DNA of 64,000 nucleotides, taken from positions 4,836,997 through 4,900,996 of the forward strand of contig OZ241969.1 in assembly GCA_965204165.1 (NCBI GenBank). Direction: 5' to 3'. The first letter of the stretch is position 1, and the number at the start of each line of letters is the position of its first letter. The stretch comes from Candidatus Poriferihabitaceae bacterium (GTDB lineage Bacteria > Pseudomonadota > Gammaproteobacteria > Arenicellales > Poriferihabitantaceae). A program made the position numbers and the translations under genes. Below are positions 1 to 9,951 of the stretch, piece after piece. Under the pieces are notes generated by a model, which made no database searches, was not told where the DNA came from, and worked only from the letters and a program-made list of their open reading frames with translations.

Positions 1-1513
1 GCATCTTTCCTTGCCAGACCAACCTGCCCAGAAAAAAGATGGCGTCGTCGTTTGCACCATACATTTCGATCAAAGAGATAGTTTGATCGGTCAGGTCGGG
101 TTGTGCGATCCGGGTAATCGCGCTGTTGTCCTGCGCGGAGCTGTTCTTGTCCTTTTCAACAATATCGAAAACGATACCGCTGAGAATGTTTTTTCGTTTC
201 GATAATGGCAGTTGTGCCGGATCGCCTCCTTCTACAGCGATTTCAGGATGTATAGCCAGCGCATGCTCGCGAATTTTTTCGTCCTTCAGGATCAGCCAGG
301 GCAGTATGGGTCGCAAGCGAGGGGAAACGATGGTCTCTCCGTATTGCTCGCGGAAGATGAGCGCTTCGATTGCGTGTCTTGCAGTGCCCTTCTCCAATAG
401 CTTGATGAACCATTCAGCGGCCAGAATTTCACGAATCTCTCGGTGCCGGAACCGTACTGATCCGTAGATCACGTCGTTGAATATGGCTCTTTCGAGTAGA
501 GTCCGGATGTCGCGCGGCTCCCAACCCGACAGGACCGCATCTGCCTTGATTCCCGTTCGCTCGTGCATTTCGTCCGGAACCTGGATGCCGGGCTCGTCGC
601 AAAGGATGACCGCTGCCGCAAGCATTCTTGCTCCATCGCGTGCCTTATCTGGGTTCAATGGCCGCCGGTCTTCATTATCCGGATGCGGTTCATTGAGCCT
701 CAGTTCAATATTGTGTTCCAGTAGTTCACTCCGATCGCCTAGGACACAGTCGATTTTCCACTTGTGGAGAATCCCCTCCAAATCGAAAGGCCGCTCTGCC
801 AGAGACATGACGTTTGATCGTTTTAGTTCCTCAATCAGGTCATCGATTTTTGGTACTGACCGATGTTCGGCAAAGCACTGGATATCGTTTTCAACCAGCG
901 GATTCAGCTGGAATATCTCCAGTTCACTTTCGGATGATTCGTATAATTCGCCAGGTTCCGAATGCCGATCAGTCGTTTTCACTTGTGGTTTCTTGAAGGG
1001 CAGATAACGCTCGATCAGCTCACGGTCTGACTTTGGGCGCCAGGCATAGGGGCGGCTTGAAATGCAGATATGGGCACGTTGTTGCGCCGGTTTGATGGCG
1101 TTTCCAAATCGGCGAATTGCCTTTTCGAAATCTCTTGGGTCGGAGAGCCGGGCTTCATCGACGGAATCGAGAAAAAACCAGGCTTCGTTCCGGGATGAGA
1201 GCCATTGCTCGAACCCTTCCGTATCCCCGACTTCGAAAGCTTGTTTGAAATCACCGTCGATATCTTCGATGCGAATGAAAAACGCGGGGCGCCCCTCATC
1301 CCTGATAAATTTCGCACGCTCGTTCATTTCGTGGGTCTTGCCTGCCCCGGCCTCTGCCAGAATAACAGTGCGATGCCGCCTGTCTATTTCAGACCAGCAC
1401 CTGCTATTCTGATATCCGAGAATCTCAGAAATTTGCTGTTCGTCCGTGTCGTGTTTCGATCGGGGAATCGGGGAGAAGCGACGTTCAAGCGGAACGTGAT
1501 TGGTGGAGTTCAT
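1..1513 (-). CDS. NACHT/STAND-family NTPase (runs off left window edge; absent from ORF track)
   Basis: Manual translation from ATG 1513 (MNSTNHVPLERRF...) stays open to the edge. Walker A ILAEAGAGKT, Walker B WFFLDSVDE, sensor ISSRP, winged-helix motif FRHREIREILAAEW. Confidence 0.85.
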   Translation of the reverse strand, partial: MNSTNHVPLERRFSPIPRSKHDTDEQQISEILGYQNSRCWSEIDRRHRTVILAEAGAGKTHEMNERAKFIRDEGRPAFFIRIEDIDGDFKQAFEVGDTEGFEQWLSSRNEAWFFLDSVDEARLSDPRDFEKAIRRFGNAIKPAQQRAHICISSRPYAWRPKSDRELIERYLPFKKPQVKTTDRHSEPGELYESSESELEIFQLNPLVENDIQCFAEHRSVPKIDDLIEELKRSNVMSLAERPFDLEGILHKWKIDCVLGDRSELLEHNIELRLNEPHPDNEDRRPLNPDKARDGARMLAAAVILCDEPGIQVPDEMHERTGIKADAVLSGWEPRDIRTLLERAIFNDVIYGSVRFRHREIREILAAEWFIKLLEKGTARHAIEALIFREQYGETIVSPRLRPILPWLILKDEKIREHALAIHPEIAVEGGDPAQLPLSKRKNILSGIVFDIVEKDKNSSAQDNSAITRIAQPDLTDQTISLIEMYGANDDAIFFLGRLVWQGKM

Positions 1514-1738
1514 GCTGATCCCAAATGAATGTCTGAAAATTTGAGTATAAATTCTGGCATGGTAGCCCGTCTGCGTAGCCGATGAAGACACCGCTGAGGT
1601 TGATGATCCAGAGACGGAATAGCACGCCCCAACTGAAACCAAGAGCGGGGCATTTCAACCCCGCCCCCGGGCCATGATGTTGGCGCGGGATGGGCCAATT
1701 ATGGGATATCATCGGCCAGTCATACCAATTGAAAACCC

Positions 1739-2395
1739 ATGAAAACATCGACAAAAGGCGCCCTGGTTGCTGCCCTGATGGCTGTTTTCCCGGTTACCGC
1801 ATTTGCCCTGGACGTTCGGATGGAATGCCGAAGCGCATGGCTCGGCTCTCCCGAACATATCGCTTCCATGTCAAAATCCGCATCCGAACAGGCAATTGCG
1901 AAGCATGATGCCATAGAGAAATGCGTCCGGGAAATGACGGCACACATGGAGAGAGGGAATACGGACCCGACACAAGCCTTGCAGCAGACACCATCCGGAT
2001 CGCTGGCTGCGCCCGAAGATGGCATATCCGAGCCGGTGGCGGATGCGGATCCCCGGCTTCATGACCAGTCCTGGATCGATGAATGGGAAAAACGCTGGCT
2101 GTGCGATGGCCTGACGCTCTACAAGTCAGGAGATTTCGGCAAGGTTGTACTTGATGGCATCGACGAAATACCAACCCATTTCACGATTCAGGGCCTTAGC
2201 CCAAGATGGGATTGGGATGGTGAGGATGACCGGAGTTGGGACAATGAAAGCGTGTATCGTTATGCGATTGTGCTTGGGCGGGGCGGCTCGACTGGCCTGC
2301 TCGATGTGTGGACAGCGTCATTCTATGATTTCAAGATGGCCGACGAAGACGGTTTCGCCGAACCGAGCATGACTTTCATTGGTTGTCACGATTAG
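1739..2395 (+). CDS. hypothetical secreted protein
   Basis: 218-aa ORF with Sec-type signal peptide (MKTSTKGALVAALMAVFPVTAFA). Confidence 0.65.
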   Translation: MKTSTKGALVAALMAVFPVTAFALDVRMECRSAWLGSPEHIASMSKSASEQAIAKHDAIEKCVREMTAHMERGNTDPTQALQQTPSGSLAAPEDGISEPVADADPRLHDQSWIDEWEKRWLCDGLTLYKSGDFGKVVLDGIDEIPTHFTIQGLSPRWDWDGEDDRSWDNESVYRYAIVLGRGGSTGLLDVWTASFYDFKMADEDGFAEPSMTFIGCHD

Positions 2396-2624
2396 GTGGC
2401 CGACGGCGTTGTTGAATTTTGGCGATGACTGATCCGGCAATTGGCTATTTTCCCTGGATAGGATGCGGACACAATTGACCGACCGGGAACCCCGGGTAAT
2501 CCTGGCAGTATTCGATGCGGCTGCTTTCGTAACGACAGTCCTGGAGGAGAAGTAATCCGGCTTGCTGGCGCATAGCGTTGCCTCGTTCGCAGGTTATCCT
2601 TTGCGAACTGCCGTCATCGAAGCT

Positions 2625-3583
2625 CTACGTCACGGGGGTGGGCCTGGTATCGTCCCGATGCCCCCCGACCAGCGAGGAAACGGCCAGCAGGGCTCCGAGG
2701 CTGTAGACCAGCAGGCCCGCCAGGGTGAACCCGGAAAACGCGACCCTGCCCTCGATCAGCTGCAGGCAGAAGACCACGAGGGGGCCGAGCGCCGTGATTG
2801 TGCTGAGCAGCAGGACGCCCACGCCCGAGACGGCCTTCTGCATCGCGTAGAGCGGAAAAGCCATGATCGCGAACCCAATGAGTATGGCGGTTGCCACCTC
2901 CCCCGCATCGACCGGCCCCTTGTAATCGAGTTGCAGGTACCAGCCTGCGGCTGCGAGGAGAATGTAGACCGGGAACCGGAATGCGAAAACCGTTGACGGC
3001 CCAAGGCTGCTGGTGTCCAGTGTCCTGCAATGAACAAGCATCAGTGCGAACGCGCTACCGGAGAGGACCGAACAAGCAAGGCCGGACAATGCCGTGGCAT
3101 GGGTGGAGCCGCGAACGAACCCGGAGAAGCCGAACAGCGTGGCGCCTGCGAGAACGACAATTCCGAGCACGACGAGGCAAAACCCGACCTTTTCCCGCAT
3201 GCTTTTCAGGTCTGCAGGCTCCCCGATCCCCAGGCGGGCGAACACGATCGCGGAGACGGGCATGGCCGCCGCCGACACCGTGAAGGCCACGGCGGGCTCG
3301 ATCAGCTGGATTGCGAACAGGTACAGGACCCATCTCGCCGCGGTCGAGCAGTTGCAGGCGAAGAGGCCCTTGAGGTTCCATTTGCACAGCCCGAACTGGC
3401 CGGGTCGAACACCCGGATGCCCAGTGAACGGACAAGGGTCGTGATCCCGAAGACCCAGAATCCCAGGAAAAACGAATCCATCTTCTGCAGTACGGCGCCG
3501 AAAAACACCGACTGGGCCGATTCGAGCCGGATGAAGACGGCGCTCCACGCCAGCCTGGCCAGCAATGGCATGCTGGTTCCCAT
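2625..3583 (-). pseudogene. DMT/EamA-like membrane transporter, frameshifted near 3400
   Basis: Many hydrophobic helices in frame 2625..~3390. The plausible hydrophobic N-terminus lies in another frame (ORF 3302..3583). Confidence 0.55.
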
Positions 3584-3788
3584 CAGTCGGCCTCAAGGTG
3601 AAACACGATGGTTTGCCATGGTGAAGGCGTGCGGAGCTTCACTGCGACAGGAGTCATATTCGAATGTACCGGGATTCCGGGGCATGCGGCCCCGGACCGA
3701 AATCGCAGATCATGAACCTCCGGTGCAGACGCTACGCCTGCCGTTTCCTGCCCCGAAGACCCGTCGTCATTGCCACGGAGACGTCTGC

Positions 3789-4115
3789 TCAGTCACTGTT
3801 GCCGGCGCCGGACTCGGTGCCGGGCTCCGGCACGATGGTTGAAATCAACTTTCGGATCTCGCGGACATCCCCCTCCCTCCCAGACGAAATCAGGTCCCGT
3901 GCGATGGCCTGGGCGGTGAAAAGGGAAGCCCTGGCGACCCGGATTTCAGCCTCGGTGCGGGGCCACTCTCCATGATCGAGGGCCTCTATGACCAGGTCGA
4001 CGATGAGCCGGTTCGGAGAAATCCCCCGGTCCCGGGCGGTCCTTTCGATGCGGTTCCACTGCTCCGGCGTGACACGGATGTTCTTCTGGATGCTCTTCCG
4101 GATAGTCTGCGACAT
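3789..4115 (-). CDS. ribbon-helix-helix-like small DNA-binding protein
   Basis: KNIRVTPEQWNRIERTARDRGISPNRLIVDLVIEAL fits the beta-helix-helix RHH pattern. Confidence 0.6.
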   Translation of the reverse strand: MSQTIRKSIQKNIRVTPEQWNRIERTARDRGISPNRLIVDLVIEALDHGEWPRTEAEIRVARASLFTAQAIARDLISSGREGDVREIRKLISTIVPEPGTESGAGNSD

Positions 4116-4441
4116 AGATTATTTTGCCTTTCTGGATGCTGCGGCGCATCGTTCTGCTCCGAATACTACCAGCGTTACCGCCCACGGTTTCCGGTTCGAA
4201 GCCAATTTTTGAATCACCACGCACTCAAGAGAACCCCCTGAAGAGCTGCTTGCCCGGCAGTGATCAACATGGAGCGCAGGTACCAAAACGGTATCATCGC
4301 GCAATACGTCGCATTGCGCCGAGGGCCAAAGCGCCACCACCCTGGTGGCAGGCCAGTCCCGGGTTTCCGGAACCCGTTGTATTGGAACGTAATTTCCCGT
4401 ATGCCCACGGAACACCCCGGTGCCACCATATATGACCCGCC

Positions 4442-4754
4442 CCGGTTTGCAAGAACAGTTGTCGATCCGGAAGGGACAGGCTGCTGCCATATATCCGACC
4501 TTCTGACGGGGATCTCTATGCCCCTGGCCCTGATGGAATGCGCGCCGGCGTGTCCTTATCAATCGGTCGACCTCTACACAGCACACCGCAAGGTGTTTCA
4601 TGAATCGGGTCTTGACGTCACTCAGGTTCTCACTCCGGCGATTTGCCTTTTCTGCCATCACGATCAACTGCTCTCAAGCAACCCTGGTGGGTAACTGCTC
4701 TACTCTAATGTCAGGTTTGATATTTGGAATCCGGAACCGGATTCCTCCAGTGGC
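4442..4754 (-). ncRNA. putative IS1111 seekRNA/bridge RNA region
   Basis: Non-coding region downstream of the transposase with IS1111-type motifs (ttccatcagggcc...ggtcggatatatggcagca...cttgcaaa). RNA ends not defined. Confidence 0.65.
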
Positions 4755-5834
4755 CTACCCCCAGGCAGGCACATGATTCTCCTCGTACGGCCTGCCGGAT
4801 GTCAGCACCGCCCACGCGGTCCGCACCATCCGGTTCGCCAGTGCCACCGTCGCCACGTTCCTGTGACGCCGTTCCAGCAAATCCTTCAGCCATTGGCTTC
4901 GGCGATCCGTCTTCTCCTTCCGGGAAAGCTGATTGACCATCGTCCGCGCCCCATGGACCACCAGGCAGCGCAGATACCGGTCGCCCCGTTTCGATATCCC
5001 CAGCAGACGGTCCTTGCCTCCGGTCGAACGCTGCCCCGGCACCAGGCCGAGCCAGGCCGCGCATTCCCTGCCGTTACGGAACATGCCCGGATCCCCCATG
5101 GTGGACAGCAGCGCGGTGGCCGTCATCGGACCGATCCCGGGAATCGTCATCAGCAGCTGTGCCTGCTCGTCCGACTGGGCAATCTCCTCGATCATCCGGT
5201 CGTATTTCTCCACCCGCCCGTCCATGTGCACCAGCTCGTCGTACAGCTCGGCCAGCACGTCCAGAAACCGGGGAGGCAGGGTGATGTCCGCCGTGCCGCC
5301 GTTCCCCAGGATCTCCGCCACCGCCGGCCGGACCTTCCAGATGCCCAGGGGAATCTCGATGCCGAATTCGGCCAGCAGGCCGCGGATCGCGTTCGTGTGG
5401 GCCGTCCGGTTGGCCACCGCCCGGGACCGAACCCGGTGGATGGCCTGCTGTGCCTGACGGTCCGCGCTCTTGATCCCCACGAAGCGCATGCTCGGGCGCT
5501 GGACCGCCTCGCAGATCGCCGCGGCGTCCGCACGGTCGTTCTTGTTGGTCTTGACGTAAGGCTTGACGAACTGAGGAGCCATGAGCTTCGCCTCATGCCC
5601 CATGGACAGCACGTCCCGGCCCCACTGGTGGGCCCGGCCGCAGGCCTCCATGCCCACCACGCAGGGTGCCAGGTTGGCCAGGTATTCCTTCAGCTTCGCC
5701 GGCTTCAGCTTCCGGTCTACGCAGCTGCGCCCCGATGCGTCGGCGCCGTGGACATGGACCGAGTTCTTCGCCAGGTCGATGCCAATGAATGCGGGAGCGG
5801 ATTTGGGTTTCATGGTATGTTTCGTCTTGGTCAT
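4755..5834 (-). CDS. IS110 family transposase/recombinase
   Basis: IGIDLAK, MEACG, KNDRADA, IPGIGP, GLVPGQRSTGG motifs. Confidence 0.95.
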   Translation of the reverse strand: MTKTKHTMKPKSAPAFIGIDLAKNSVHVHGADASGRSCVDRKLKPAKLKEYLANLAPCVVGMEACGRAHQWGRDVLSMGHEAKLMAPQFVKPYVKTNKNDRADAAAICEAVQRPSMRFVGIKSADRQAQQAIHRVRSRAVANRTAHTNAIRGLLAEFGIEIPLGIWKVRPAVAEILGNGGTADITLPPRFLDVLAELYDELVHMDGRVEKYDRMIEEIAQSDEQAQLLMTIPGIGPMTATALLSTMGDPGMFRNGRECAAWLGLVPGQRSTGGKDRLLGISKRGDRYLRCLVVHGARTMVNQLSRKEKTDRRSQWLKDLLERRHRNVATVALANRMVRTAWAVLTSGRPYEENHVPAWG

Positions 5835-6499
5835 GGTTCATTCCTCGAGTGTGTGAATGATGTAATGGTCATTGTGGCTCCCAGAAGCCGTATCCGACAG
5901 GGATGGACCATGGCCCTTTCCTCTGCCGGATCGCCCGGCCCCCGGCGCCACAATGCAACGGAGTGCTCACTGTAGCGGGTTTCAGGATAGAGGGGAAACC
6001 GCTCCTGGCAGGATGTCCCCGGATCACCGCCTTGCTTGCAGACCAACGACCTGACGGGCTGCACTGTCCCGGCATCGCGCGCCTCCGCGATCCGGCTGCA
6101 TTCCGTTCCGCGGTCCCGCCTGACAGGCGTGTGCGGGATGTCGATGGTGTTGCTGGGTGGCTCATCGCTGATCGGAGTTGGTTGCAGTTTGCTACCCCCC
6201 GAGGGTGAGGCGGGTCATACCATTAATCGGGGACAAGTGTTTCCGGCAGCAGCCAGTCGTCCTTTGGCGGAGGAATCGCATGGGAGTGCCAGTCAAGCGC
6301 ACGCTTGCATAGGAGGGTATCCAGGATGCGTCGGGTGTGACGCGCACACGCCGTAGGGCGTAAGTATGCACGCCAGATCGAGCGATCCCGTCTCCGGCAT
6401 ATTCCCGTGCAGAAACAACGGCTTAGCCAGAGCGGCGTCTGAGCGACGCTGTTCACCGCGCTTGTGATGGAACGGTTCCGGACCCGGTGCGCGGGGACA

Positions 6500-6521
6500 G
6501 GTGGTCATTATAGGAAGCAGT
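6500..6521. repeat. direct repeat copy 1 (GGTGGTCATTATAGGAAGCAGT), candidate att site
   Basis: 20/22 identical to 9126-9147; the two copies bracket the integrase pair. Confidence 0.6.
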
Positions 6522-6536
6522 TCAGCGCATTGCAAG
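6508..6536 (-). promoter_or_regulatory. sigma70-like promoter TTGCAA-17-TATAAT, facing left
   Basis: Minus strand reads TTGCAA tgcgctgaactgcttcc TATAAT; the -10 lies inside the direct repeat. Confidence 0.55.
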
Positions 6537-6690
6537 CGGCTTTTTCGCGCTGTTGGCGAAGGTCTTTCAGACGTCTTTCCAGGCTCGGTTCCGGAGGGGA
6601 GGTTCGCTGCCGGAGTCCATCGGAGCCGCTCCCGCCGGATGCCCCGCATTCGGGGCGCGCCGGCGGCGACGAACGGTCGGCGGCCGTGTC

Positions 6691-7890
6691 TCATTCCGTC
6701 CGGGTCCGGCGACCGCCGGCCATGGCGCCGGCGATGATGCCGCCGATCCGTTCGGCCGCCGCGGCGAGATGGCCGTCGGCGAGGTGGGTGTAGGCTTCCG
6801 TCGTGCGATGGCTCCGGTGGCCGAGCAGCCTGCCGACCTGTGGCAGGTTCTCGCCGGACATCACGGCCTGGCTGGCGACGGTGTGGCGGAGGTCGTGGAG
6901 CCGCAGGGTGCCGAGCCGGGCGTCGGTGCGGACGGCATGCCAGCAGGAAGCCAGGCTGTGCTGACCGCGGCCTTCGGCGTAGCGGGGGAAGAGGAACGCG
7001 TCGGGATCGCGCGTTCGGGGAGAGCCGGTCGTGTCGATCGGGCCGGCGATGGCGGCGACGAGGTCGCGGGCCGCGGCGCCGAGGGGCACCGTGCGCGGTC
7101 CGGTCTTGGCGTCGGTCAGCCGGATGGCGTCGTCGCCGATGTCGCGCCAGCGGCGGTCGAGCACCTCGCTGCGGCGGCAGCCGGTCAGCGCAATGAGGCG
7201 GATCGCGGCGACGGCCTCGGGCCACCCGGCCTCGCGCCCGTCGAGGGCGCGGCCTAGTCGTTCGAGCTCGCCGGCGTCGAGGCAGCGGGCGACGTTGCGG
7301 CGCGGGTTCTTCGCGATGCCGAGGCAGGGGTTGGTCCCGGGCGGGCGCCAGCCCCATTCCTCGGCGCGGAACATCATCGTGCGGAGAATCTCGAAGGCGC
7401 GGTTGGCGGCGCCGGGGCGTTCGGTGCTGGCGGCGTCGAACCAGGCGGCGACGTCCTCGGGGCCGATGCGGTCGACCGGCGTCCTGCCGAAGGCGGGCAG
7501 GAGCCGCGCCTTGAGGTAGGTGCGGACGGTCCTGCGGCCCGAGGGCTTCAGGTTCGGGGCGCAGCGCCGCAGGTACTCCCCGGCGAAGGCGGAGAAGTCC
7601 GGGACGCGCCGCGCCCTGCGACGCTCCTCGGCGGGGTCCCCGCCGGCGTCGATGCGCGCGCGGAGGTCGCGGGCGCGGCGCCTGGCCTCGGCGAGTTCGA
7701 CCTCGCCGTGGCGGGCGATGACGAACCGCCGCGTGCGGCCCCCGATGCGGGCCTGGAGGACGTACACCTTGCGCCCGGAGGGATGGACGCGCAGCCCGAA
7801 GCCGGGCTGCCCGCGGTCGAACAGGATGGTCTCCCGGGGACCGGCGGCGCAGTCCCGGGCCAGCCGGGGGGTGAGGTCAACCCTGGGCAT
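6691..7890 (-). CDS. tyrosine integrase with arm-DNA-binding N-terminus (pair 1, gene 2)
   Basis: GFGLRV arm domain; catalytic R (TGCRRSE), K (DAKTG), HDLRH, LGH, Y (TEAYTH). ATG 7890 with GGGAGG RBS overlaps the upstream gene. Confidence 0.92.
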   Translation of the reverse strand: MPRVDLTPRLARDCAAGPRETILFDRGQPGFGLRVHPSGRKVYVLQARIGGRTRRFVIARHGEVELAEARRRARDLRARIDAGGDPAEERRRARRVPDFSAFAGEYLRRCAPNLKPSGRRTVRTYLKARLLPAFGRTPVDRIGPEDVAAWFDAASTERPGAANRAFEILRTMMFRAEEWGWRPPGTNPCLGIAKNPRRNVARCLDAGELERLGRALDGREAGWPEAVAAIRLIALTGCRRSEVLDRRWRDIGDDAIRLTDAKTGPRTVPLGAAARDLVAAIAGPIDTTGSPRTRDPDAFLFPRYAEGRGQHSLASCWHAVRTDARLGTLRLHDLRHTVASQAVMSGENLPQVGRLLGHRSHRTTEAYTHLADGHLAAAAERIGGIIAGAMAGGRRTRTE

Positions 7891-9094
7891 GGCGGCCTCC
7901 CCGGCGCTCGCGGCCGTGTTCGACGATGCCGTTTCCGCCATCGCCGGCCATGGCCGCGCCGATGCGGCCCGAGACCCGGTCGGCGGCATCGGCGACGGAG
8001 CGGGCGGACAGGTGGACGTAGCGCTCGGTGGTCTCGACCAGAGCGTGGCCGAGCAGTCTGGCGATGGTCACCATGTCGGCGCCGTTCATGGCGGCCACGG
8101 AGGCCCAGGTGTGGCGCAGGTCGTGGAGGCGGACGCCAGCCAGCCCGGCGTCGTCCCGGATGCGCCGCCAGTGGTGGGAGATGGTCGAGACCGGCTTGCC
8201 GGGCGAGCGCCCGGGGAAGACGAACGGGCAGTCCGGGTCCCGGCGGGGGATGGCGTCGATGACCCTGCGGGCGGCGCCGGCCAGCCACACGGTGCGGGGG
8301 CCGGACTTGGAGTCGGGGAGCAGGATGCGGCGGTCCCGGATCCAGTCCCACTGCAGGCCGGTGACCTCGCCGGCGCGGCAGCCGGTGAGCAGCAGCAGGC
8401 GGATCACGGCGACGGCCTGGGGGCAGTCGGGTTCGTGGCGGTCGAGGGCGGCGCCGAGCCGGGCCATCTCGTCCGCGGTCAGGAACCGCTCCCTGGGGGC
8501 GGTCCGGTAGCGCCGAGTGCGCCGGCAGGGGTTGGTGTTGTGGTCGCGGTATCCCCACAGCTCGGCCATGCGCATCATGACGGACAGGACCGGCATGGAG
8601 CGGTTCGCGGTGCCGGGGCGGTCCGCCATGGCGGCGAACCAGTCCCGGACGTGCCCGGGTCCGATGCCGTCCACGGCCAGGTGGCCGAGGACGGGGAGGA
8701 TCTCGTTGTGGACGATGCGCCGGTTGGCCTGCCGGGTGCGGGGCTTCCAGTGGCGGGCGTGGCGCTCGAGGAACTCGGCGGCGAAGTCGGCCATGGGGCG
8801 GCCGGGATACCGGGGACCGGCGTTCCGGGCCGGCGGATCGGCGAGCCCGGGCAGGACCCGGCGCGCCTCATGGCGGGCCTGGGGGACGCTCATGGCGTCG
8901 GCGGACCCGAGGGTGACGCGGCGGACCCGGCCCCCGGGGGTCCGGCGGCGCAGGAAGAAGGAGCGGGTTCCGGAGGGATGGACGGACAGGCCGAGTCCGG
9001 AGATGGCGTCGTCCCAGAGGTCGTACTTGCGCTTGCGGGGCCGGGCTGCGGCGACCCGTCTGGGGAAGGAGGTGCGGGAGGTGGATGCGGTCAT
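7877..9094 (-). CDS. tyrosine integrase with arm-DNA-binding N-terminus (pair 1, gene 1)
   Basis: WDDAISGLGLSV arm domain; TGCRAGE, DSKSG, HDLRH, LGH, TERYVH all intact; GAGGAG RBS. Confidence 0.93.
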   Translation of the reverse strand: MTASTSRTSFPRRVAAARPRKRKYDLWDDAISGLGLSVHPSGTRSFFLRRRTPGGRVRRVTLGSADAMSVPQARHEARRVLPGLADPPARNAGPRYPGRPMADFAAEFLERHARHWKPRTRQANRRIVHNEILPVLGHLAVDGIGPGHVRDWFAAMADRPGTANRSMPVLSVMMRMAELWGYRDHNTNPCRRTRRYRTAPRERFLTADEMARLGAALDRHEPDCPQAVAVIRLLLLTGCRAGEVTGLQWDWIRDRRILLPDSKSGPRTVWLAGAARRVIDAIPRRDPDCPFVFPGRSPGKPVSTISHHWRRIRDDAGLAGVRLHDLRHTWASVAAMNGADMVTIARLLGHALVETTERYVHLSARSVADAADRVSGRIGAAMAGDGGNGIVEHGRERRGGRHAQG

Positions 9095-9125
9095 GATGCG
9101 GCTCCTCGGTTCGGGCCGCGCGACC

Positions 9126-9147
9126 GGTGGTCCATATAGGAAGCAGT
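9126..9147. repeat. direct repeat copy 2 (GGTGGTCCATATAGGAAGCAGT), candidate att site
   Basis: 20/22 identical to 6500-6521. Confidence 0.6.
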
Positions 9148-9199
9148 CGCGGCGGCGTTTCTACCAACGGACCGCGCTTCCGGGACCGGAACGTAAATG

Positions 9200-9212
9200 A
9201 ATCAAGTCATTG
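9200..9212. promoter_or_regulatory. IHF-binding consensus site
   Basis: AATCAAGTCATTG matches WATCAANNNNTTR, upstream of integrase pair 1. Confidence 0.5.
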
Positions 9213-9951
9213 ATTCAGAACACGTTTCCATCATCTTGCACGACGGTGAACAGGCGTGCCCGACAGCAATTTCTTGCGTCGGGTGTGAGAGAAAACGCCG
9301 CCGGGCGTAGAAATGAGAGAAGATCGAGGAGCACACCACGAACGATTCGGGATCCCGGCAGAGCGAAGGGATGGAGCCCGGCGGCGTTTGAGCGGGGCAG
9401 CGGAAGCGACCCGCGATGGGGAGCGGCACGCGACCCGATGGAGTTCCCGAAGGGGAAGCGCGACCGACGCGCCAACGGGCAGAGGCACGAGAAGAAACTT
9501 GCGTCGGTGGCGGAGTCCGGTGCGGCTGACGCTGCGGCCCGGGAACCGGTTGACCACTGCGACCATCACCGTGAATTTTTTTCGGCTCGTTGTGGAACAG
9601 GTGGAGATGCCGGACGCGGCGCGCGTGACGGAGACCGGGACGGTCGGAGCGGCGGTCGCGTACGCCGGCGGAAAAATGATTGCGACCGAAGGGAGCAGGA
9701 GAAGAAGTACGTGCCGGCAGCGCCGTGCGGCGAAGCCGGGGGCGGTGACCCGGCACGGGTCCGCCACCGGGACCGTCGCGGAGCATCGGGTCGGCAGCAG
9801 GCGTCGAAGCGGATGCGGTTGCCGCCGCCGCCGCGGACGGGGAATGGAAAGAGCGCCGGGCGCCGCGCAGCGGCGATGGCGCGGCACGGCCGCCGCGCTG
9901 GAAGGGAAGAAGGACCGCGCCGTCGGAACGACGCGGCCCTGTGCCGGTGCC

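Larger units (their letters stand above)
4428..6224 (-). mobile_element. IS110-family element, IS1111 group (copy A)
   Basis: Subterminal IR TATGACCCGCC at 4431-4441 and its reverse complement at 6209-6219. DEDD recombinase inside; outward TTGCAA -35 in the right end. Confidence 0.85.

Noticed and set aside
4119-4694. ORFs 4119-4667(-) and 4260-4694(+)
   Set aside because: They cross the IS1111 end and overlap its ncRNA region; no protein motifs.
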